From: the human T2T-CHM13v2.0 reference genome, Homo sapiens
Assembly: GCF_009914755.1 (NCBI RefSeq)
Contig: NC_060926.1
DNA: 64,000 nt
Strand: one strand, 5' to 3'
Shown piece by piece: positions 55,893 to 64,000 of this stretch (position 1 is the first letter of the stretch; each line of letters starts with the position of its first letter). A model generated the notes under the pieces. The model saw nothing but the letters and a program-made list of their open reading frames with translations. It was not told where the DNA came from and searched no databases. Position numbers and translations under genes: made by a program.

Positions 55893-56222
55893 CCCTGGGA
55901 TGCCCCTACCTCCACACTGGTAAATCTAAGCTCCACCCTTAAAATTCACAAATCAAAGAGAAAGAAAAAATTCCTTTCCCAGTTTCAAGGCAAAGAATTC
56001 CAGGGAAGAACTCTGATAAGGCTTGCTTGAATTGCAATTGGTAGTTGCAGCAAAATTACAGAGAGTAGGAGAAGAGTAGTTTTACTAAGAACATGGATGT
56101 AAGAAAGGGATGGGCTATAGGCAGATGAAAACAAGTGTCCATTCCAACAGGCTTCCTGCCTCCCAGTCCAATTTATCTCCTCTGCTCTATATTGTTATTC
56201 TATTACCTCAAAACTAAAGCTC

Positions 56223-56280
56223 AATGTCACAAACCTATGCATGTACCCCCCTGTATCTAAAATAAAAGTTGAAATATAAA
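56223..56280 (+). mobile_element. ~58-bp L1 3'-end micro-insertion (old L1PA-type) with 13-bp TSD
   Basis: CAAACCTATGCATGTACCCCCCTGTATCTAAAATAAAAGTTGAAA between AAAACTA(A/C)AGCTC copies. Confidence 0.75.
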
Positions 56281-56696
56281 AAAACTACAGCTCCTTGAAT
56301 AGTCCCAAAATGAGATATCAAATTCTAAACTATTTTTGATTTCTGTGTTTAAGTAACATGTTTGTATTATCAGATAATGAAAATTTCAGGGACACAGAAG
56401 TATGGTTAATTTTGAATAACATTTTAGTAACACAGTATTATTTTCAAAAAGATTTAGTAGTGGAGTTTAGTGAGAACTCTTCATATAAGAATTAAAGTAT
56501 AAATTATTATTGCAAATATTTTTTCCATATCACTAAACATGACCATTTAATGACATTATTTGATAAAATTTAACTCCATTTAGTGGAGATCTAAACCTAA
56601 ATTTAAATTAGGAAATCCTGTTATAATCTCTCATTCCATTCTTGACTTTTGTTTCATAGCACTTACTTAACATCATCTGTAGTTCATTTGTGTGAA

Positions 56697-57000
56697 TGTA
56701 TGAGTTATCTATTGCTATGCAACAAATCTCCCCAAAATTTACTGGCTTAAAACAACACACAATTATTATCTCACAGTTTTTATGGGTTCTGTGAGTACAG
56801 CTTAGCTGGGTCTTTTGCTTTAGGATCTCTCACAAGGCTGCAATGAAAGTGTCATCTGGGAACATCTCATTTAAAGACTCAACTAGGGAGGATTTACTTC
56901 TAAGCCTACTCAAATAGTTGTTGGTAGTATTCACTTCCTCTCAGACTACAGAATTGAGGCTTCAATTCCTTATAAGCTGTTGGGTTCTTGCCACATGCTG
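56697..57000 (-). mobile_element. MLT1 LTR fragment
   Basis: TGTATGAGTTATCTATTGCT...TGGCTTAAAACAACAC...TCTCACAGTT. Confidence 0.7.
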
Positions 57001-57699
57001 TTTCCTTAGTGAGTATTCAGTTAATGTCTGTCCTCCATATCCTACTCATTAGACTGTAAACTTTTTGAAGGCTAGGACCACATCTATTTTTCATGACAAT
57101 GTTCTTATCACCTAGTACAATGCATGGCAAAAAGTGGGACTTAATACATGCTTGTCAAAATAATGATAGAATGAACATACTTGCTGTAATTATTGCTGCT
57201 TGAACAAAACAAAAGGATATTTAAGTATCATTCATGACATGTATTGCTTGAATCATCTTAAATACACACACAATTTCTGTTACAATGTTCGGTTGTCAAT
57301 CTATGGAGATAAATAGCTATACACTGACATTGTGTTTTGAAGTTATCTACGAAACAAACAAAATAGTAGCTGACATAATAGATGCTAAATACAATACAGG
57401 GTAATTGAATATTGCAGACAGTGGGTGCTGTGGGGAGAGCCATCACCAAGGCTATCTTAATGATTCCTGTTCCTTGATTGATGAACAGGACCTTGATGAA
57501 TGGAAGTCAGTAAGGGGAGCTTCCAGGTGGCAAAAATCACTGGGACAAAGATGTGAAGGCGAAGGTATATATGTTGTGCATAGGGATCCATAATAGAACA
57601 GCTGGCAAGAGAGAAATTGCCTTTAGGGAGAACTTAGAGACAAGGTAAGAGGGGAAGCATAAAATCTTAAAATGATGAAATTGGAATGGATCATGGTGG

Positions 57700-58000
57700 T
57701 CACATAATCTAATCTTTTCATGTTAAATACAGGGAAAATGAGGCACAAAGAGGTCAAATGACTTGCCCTATGTGCCACAACAAGCCAGTACAGAGTACAA
57801 ATTATTAGAGTATAAACAGCACGTACTTTGGTGGTAAATAGCTGGATTTGAAACATAGCTCTGCCACCTATCAGATTGACCTTAGGCAAACAGCTACCTC
57901 TCTGAACTTTGGTTTCCTCATCTGTAAATGGTGATAATAGTTTATACCACTTGCAGGGTTTTTTGAGGATTAAATTAGATAGTGCTACGTTTACCACATG
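57700..58000. mobile_element. Two MIR fragments in opposite orientation
   Basis: GAGGCACAAAGAGGTCAAATGACTTGCCC and TTTCCTCATCTGTAAATGG cores. Confidence 0.65.
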
Positions 58001-58275
58001 GTCTGTTTGTGTATATATGTATATGTATGTATGCATACACACACATAAATTCATATTTATGACAGAAAACACGAGATTTCTGGATCAGAGAACATACCAT
58101 TCATTATTCACACAGTATCTTAGCACTGGTTCCCCAAGCCCTACAGAGCAACATGGGAAGAGCCTACCATGTTAAGCCCATGATAAGAGCCAGGGTTGCA
58201 GCACAGGAGAGGAATACCAAAGTCATGAGACTTGGAGCTTTATATGGGCTGCTGATTATCTGCCCATCATCTCTT

Positions 58276-58278
<3 letters not shown>

Positions 58279-58307
<29 letters not shown>
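58279..58307. repeat. (GA)n microsatellite
   Basis: Directly visible. Confidence 0.9.
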
Positions 58308-58311
<4 letters not shown>

Positions 58312-60769
58312 TCTTTGCTCTGGAATTTAAGCAAATGTCTCCTGGAGAGAGGGGTAGGTGGCTCCAGGAAAGATAAGCCTCTAAATCTCTCCAGAACAGT
58401 ACTATATCTCTAATTTCCTAGGTGTGTTTGCCATTCAATCATTCTTTAAACGAGTTTGCCAGTGTTCTTTGTTCAGAAAGCCCAAACAGTGCAGAAATGT
58501 GAAAATATTCATGGAGAATTGCATCCCAACAGTAGGTAGTCAGTAAAGGTTATCTTCTTTCATGAGTCTGAAAACAGTGCTCTTTACTTTTAAACCTTCT
58601 CCCACAGATGCCCATGCCACTGTTGTTGAGAGACAAAAAGCTCACCAGCCATGAGGTACCTCAAGGTGAACAGCCCTAGCCATGTTATGTCATACCTGCT
58701 TCCATTTGGTCATTTCCTGCCTTACAACACAACAATCTGTTGGCTGCTTTTTTGGGCTTCTTTCACAAATATAATTTCTGTAGATTAGAGATTCTGGAGA
58801 GTATCTTGTGTTTGGACAGCTAACCATTTTAACTACTAATTGGTAGCTTCCCTGTACCCTGCCCCTTGCCCTCTGCTACTGTTGGCAGCTACAATGCAGG
58901 ACGACTATTATTTTGGGAAATTTTATTATAAGGGAACTGGAGAACAAAGAGGCCAACTTCTTCAATATCTCTGGTTCACACTTGAAGCACATACTTGGAA
59001 CTTTATAAAACCAGTTGCATAATGTACTCCTTCTCTATCTTAGGACTAGATACAGATAACTGGAAGGAAACATCAGAGAGGAAAGCAATCATGAATGCTG
59101 GCGTGGGTTGGCTCCCAGCCTGACTCAGTCTGAGTAGAGAGAGAGGAAGCAGAGATGGAAACTCCTGTAAAGTGGCAATTGCAGATTATAGATGAGATAT
59201 GATCATTTGAACTCTGGCTATAGAAATGGAGAAAGGACATGGAGGATTTAAGATTTTGTAGGTGTGATTTAAAAAAGTTGGTGACTGAATACAGTTTGAG
59301 AAAGAGGGCAGAGTTCATGGTGAATTCAGTTTCTAAGCTGAGTGTTGTGTGACTAAAACATTTGGATGGAGGTTATAGATTAATTGGATGTTGTAATGTT
59401 GCACTTTCATATTTAGATAAAAATATTCGATCATGCTATCATGGAAGAACTAGAATGGGAATTTTTAAATTTGATAATTGATATTCACATCATGCATTTG
59501 TGGATTTTTTTTCATGTTTTTAATAGAAACAGACATCACAGTTTGAGAAGTCAAGAGGGCATTTTCCCTCATATATCAACAACCACCGCACCTTTAACCC
59601 AAGCAGTACTGAAGGGCATTTGAGCATCTAGCAATTTCATTAAATTGAGAAAATACAGTTTAGGGAAGTTTGAGATAATTAAATCATTACATTTGGTTAT
59701 GCACATGTTTGTCTCAAGATCATTTTTAGAACATGCAGATAGAGAGGCTCAGATGGAATTCCAAGTTGGAAGTAGAAGCTGACAATCTCAGTTTAGGCAT
59801 CATCAGTACGTGAGTGGTCATTAAAACCAAAGTTGTGACCGTCAAAGTTCTTGGTTTCAAACAATAGAAACCAATCCTGGTTAGTTTAAGTAGGAAAATA
59901 ATTTACTAGTGAAAATGGGTGGCTGGAAGAATGTCCAGGAAGATAGAGAACCAAGATTAGAGACTATATAACAAGAAACAATTCTCAAATCACATTGCAG
60001 GACTGGGCTCTGTCTCTGCAGCTGGTACCATCAACACTGCCAATATGTGGGATTGGGCACTACCATCAGCTCTGCTGCAACTGCCCCTGGATACTGGAGG
60101 TGCTGCTTCCATCCTTGGCAAAAGAGCTCCATGAGGGACTCCTTCTTTCTGCACCGGCTCCCAATTCAGTCTATGGTGGGTACAACTGAAATGCTTGCAT
60201 CATAGCTGCAAGTGAGGCTGGAAACATGACTAGCAGTCTATCGTCTATTACAGGAGGCAGAAGCTGTTAATGTAGGGAAGGGGGTGAAATGGGCAGTGTA
60301 GCCAAAAGATATAACAAATGTCCACTACCAGAATAGAAGCTAAGATTATGAGAGAGAAAATGTGAAAATAAGAAGAGAAGATAATAATTATAGCAAGTTA
60401 GTTGAGCACCTATATGTTCAGCACTTTATATACATATATAATAATTTACTTCTTAGAATAACCCTTTCAAGTAGGAATTATTGGTTTGCATGTAGGGAAA
60501 CTGAATCAACAGAGTGATCAAACACATTGCCCCAGGTCACCCAACAAGGAGATCTGACTCTAGGACTTATGCTCTTACCACTACACTACACTGCCTCTGC
60601 ATGGAGAGGATGAAGATGGCATTCTAGCAAACATACATTTAGGGAGCAGATAGAGAAAGTGAGATGGACTGAGAAGAAATAAATGATTGTAGAGCTGGAC
60701 AGAATCCCTTAGGAGAGTGCTCTCTCTATCAGAAGCCTAGGATAAGAGAGTTTAAAGGAATTATGGTTC

Positions 60770-61255
60770 TATTAGTTCAGTAGGGCTGCTGTAACAAACT
60801 ATCACAAACTGGGTGGCTCAAACAACAGAAATGCGTTGTCTCATGGTTCTCAAGGTTAGAAGTCCAAGATCAAGGTGTTAGTAGTGTTGGTTTCTTCTGA
60901 AAACTGTGAGGGAAGAATCTGTTCTAGGCTTCTTTCCCAGCATCTGGTGGTTTGCTGGCAATCTGATGTTCCTTGGCCTGTAAATGCATCATCCCAATCT
61001 CTGCCTTCACATGGCATCCTCCTTGTATCTCTTCACACAATCTTCACTCTGTGTATGTCTGTCTCAAAATTTCCCCTTTTTATAAGGACACCAGTCATAT
61101 TGATATGGGGGTCCACCCTATTCCAGTATGACCTCATCATAACTAATTACATCTATTATACAATGATCCTGCTTCCAAATAAGATCACACACTGAGATAC
61201 TAGGAGTCAGGACTTCAACATGTGAATTTTGGGGGACCCAATTCAACCCATAGCA
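60770..61255 (-). mobile_element. MLT1B/C LTR
   Basis: TATTAGTT..GGGCTGCTGTAACAAA...CAATTCAACCCATAGCA. Confidence 0.82.
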
Positions 61256-64000
61256 GTGGTCAACTGCACAAATGTGACAGAAAGGTAAAGAAGGATATTG
61301 GCTGCAAATAAACTATTGAATTTGACAACTAGGAGGTGGCTGGAGATTTGGCAAGAACAATTTCAGTAGCATGGTGCTGGTACACATATATTATAGAAGT
61401 TGACATGGAGGAAGGGCTTAGGGGAGGACATGAGGGAATAAGCATAGACAATTCTCTATAGAAGTTTGATGTGTCAAGAAAGGTAGACTTTCCCTACACA
61501 GGAAGGCAGATCCCTGCATAGCCTTTACCAAGATACTTGATACTATAAACAGAAATTTTATGGTTTGGTGGTGTCACTTCCTACGTGTGAATCCAAATCT
61601 TTAGGAATTGTGGTTTAAGTCAACAACTGATTTTGGGCAGACATCTGCACAACATGTGGTGGTGTTGCCATAGTGATTGTTACTCTGAGGAATTCAGGGT
61701 AGGATATTTACACTGAAACTTCTGTGTTTCAAAATGAAGACATAATTTTAGATACTAAGGACCTTTACATATATCCCTCCTGAATGTTAATGTTATTTAA
61801 ATGAGTAATAGAACACTTCAGACATTTTTTCATTCCTTGAAAATGAAATGCTTTTCATTTCCTGAAAATGAAATATGTCCTCTGCCTGGAGATACTCTTC
61901 TGAAATGCAAGAGCTCAAATAGAGCAAATTCAAATAGTTTTTGAGCTCTACTGCTAGCAGGAAGGAGTTAGGATTTAGAAGGCTGATTTCACTGCCTGCT
62001 GTGTGTTTTCATTTCACTTTGCTAGGGTCAGTTGCTGTATTTCAGAAACAGAGAAGCTCTGAAAGCAGAGATGTGTGACTGAGAACATGGAATTTGTTCT
62101 CCGTGTATGTTTAAAACTCCAGTTTGAAAGAAATGCTTTATTCCTTTTCAAACTTCCCTACTGTTTTGGTGAATTCATTTCACGCATAATCCTGCAGAAC
62201 TGAATTTTGTGCCGCTGCCTTCAGGCTGCAAACAGTTTAGTCCTGTGTGCTAATGACTGATTCTCCCAGGGTGTGACCACCTGGCTGCCAGGATCTTTTG
62301 AAGTTCCTGCTATGGCCAAGCTTTCTCAGTGCTGGGCATTTTTCACTTCCTTCTCTTTCTACCCCACCATTTTCATCTGCTTAACATGGGGAGTGGAAAT
62401 GCTGAACGTGTCGGAACCTTACCACAAATCCTACCCCATGTCAATATGTCCACACCACACTCTCAATTCCACAGACATTCATTGCTGGAGAATCAAGGAA
62501 ATCAGCATTGGAACCTTGTCAAATTTCCCACCAATATAGCCCAACAGACCCATAAAAAAGAGCAGCTTAGGTAATCACAATGCAGATGCTTTTCGTTAAA
62601 TATTTTTGGGGAAGTTTATTTCATTTGATGAGATACTTGGCTAAATGGAACCATCTCCTGAAACACCCATAAACACTTTTTAAAGTGGTGGTCCTCTATC
62701 TTGATTGTAGTGACGATTTCAGGGGTGCATACATACATTAAAACTTAAATTATATGCATTAAATAAGAGCAGTTTATGTCAAGTATATGCCAAGAAAACT
62801 GTTATGAAAATGTGTGGGCCCCTGAACAAACTTGTCTGTTACTTTTGTGTGTGGTCTCTCACTGACATGGTTGTATTTCAGAATTTGGCAAGTGATGTTC
62901 ACACACCCATTTATTCGCCATGGGGTGAGGCTGGCATAGGTTTGTCCTCTAGGGCAGAACAGCGCTGGCAGAGATCCTGGGGATAGGTATGAACTTCAAA
63001 CCACATGCAAAGTCATTGCAAAAACCTGAACAAGCAATCCAGTGACTTCTGGATGGAACTCTGAAATGATGTTTTGCTAGCATTTTAACAGTAATAGTTA
63101 ATTGCTTGTGGATTTGGTTGTTTTGTTGTTGCCAGTTTTTGTTTGTTCAGTTTTTTTGGCCACTTTTCAAGGTGGAGTTATATTACGCACATTCAAAAGC
63201 AGTTCAGAACATTTCTGGAGTTTCTCTCCCTGTTATCATGTTTTCTTCTTCTCTTTCCTTCTTCTTCTAGAGCTACATTAAACTCTAGAAAGCCTCTGTG
63301 GGTCTCTTTTGCAGGGTAGGTTGGAGAATGCAGAGGAATAGGGAATATGTAGGGATAGGGTCCCATGATATCCCAGGAGGAAGAGCTGCTGGCTTTAGCT
63401 AATACTTTGCTGCACCCTCTGGATTCTGGCTAGGGAAACCCAAGTAGTCTTCATGTTATCCAGGTTTCCTTCCTTTAATATTCAAATAAAGTAACTCAAA
63501 CCCCATGCTCCAGTCCCTTCTCATATGTTTCTTAGGGCTGCCAGGGAATGTTCACACACTCTGGATGCCTTCCTACTCCCCACTTTTCTCTATCTGATTA
63601 GTGCTTCTCCAGGATGCTGGGCCCTTTCTCCAGTTCTCTTTGTTCTAAAACTGGAATTCCCTAAGGCAATGAGTGCTAATTCAAGTCTAATACTAAATTG
63701 TGATGATTAACAAAAGCCTTTTAAAGGGTTTTGGTGAGTGGAATGGCAACAGATAGGTGGCCACTATACGGCAGAACAGGACACAAAGTGAGATGTCAGA
63801 TGTCTCTGTTCCTAGAGCCCACTGGCTACCCTCCTTTGCAGGAGTCCCTGGCTGTCCCTGGCCATCTCTCCCTGGCTGGGGTCATCTCTAACTCTCTCCT
63901 GCATCCCCTCTCCCACCACTCCCCAAGCCTCAAAACTGCAGCTTCAGTGTTCCCAGAAAAATGGAGAAGACAACAAAAAAGATTCTCTCCATAAACCAAT

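Overview
Human/primate genomic DNA, matching the MDH1 locus on 2p15. Bases 1-2.8 kb hold the last four coding exons and 3'UTR of cytosolic malate dehydrogenase MDH1 (+). They include the TGA-CTAG readthrough stop and a hidden C-terminal PTS1 (-CRL), i.e. the known MDH1x isoform. The other ~61 kb is mostly retroelements: Alus, a cluster of ERV1-type solo LTRs, a full-length L1PA7-like element, and a ~19 kb nested L1M stack. Two processed pseudogenes (PRELID1, RPS4X) sit inside L1s. No prokaryotic features such as CRISPR or operons are present. Most unusual structures: (1) a ~280-300 bp inverted duplication of apparently unique sequence at 54.5-55.9 kb; (2) a triplicated target site where an L1PA2/3 tail and a PRELID1 retrocopy occupy the same L1 position; (3) a candidate 180-nt frame-preserving minus-strand exon with a perfect TACTAAC branch point; (4) a locally templated patchwork insertion at 50.8 kb. 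I found no convincing new multi-gene system. Repeat subfamily names come from recalled consensus sequences, not from a search.
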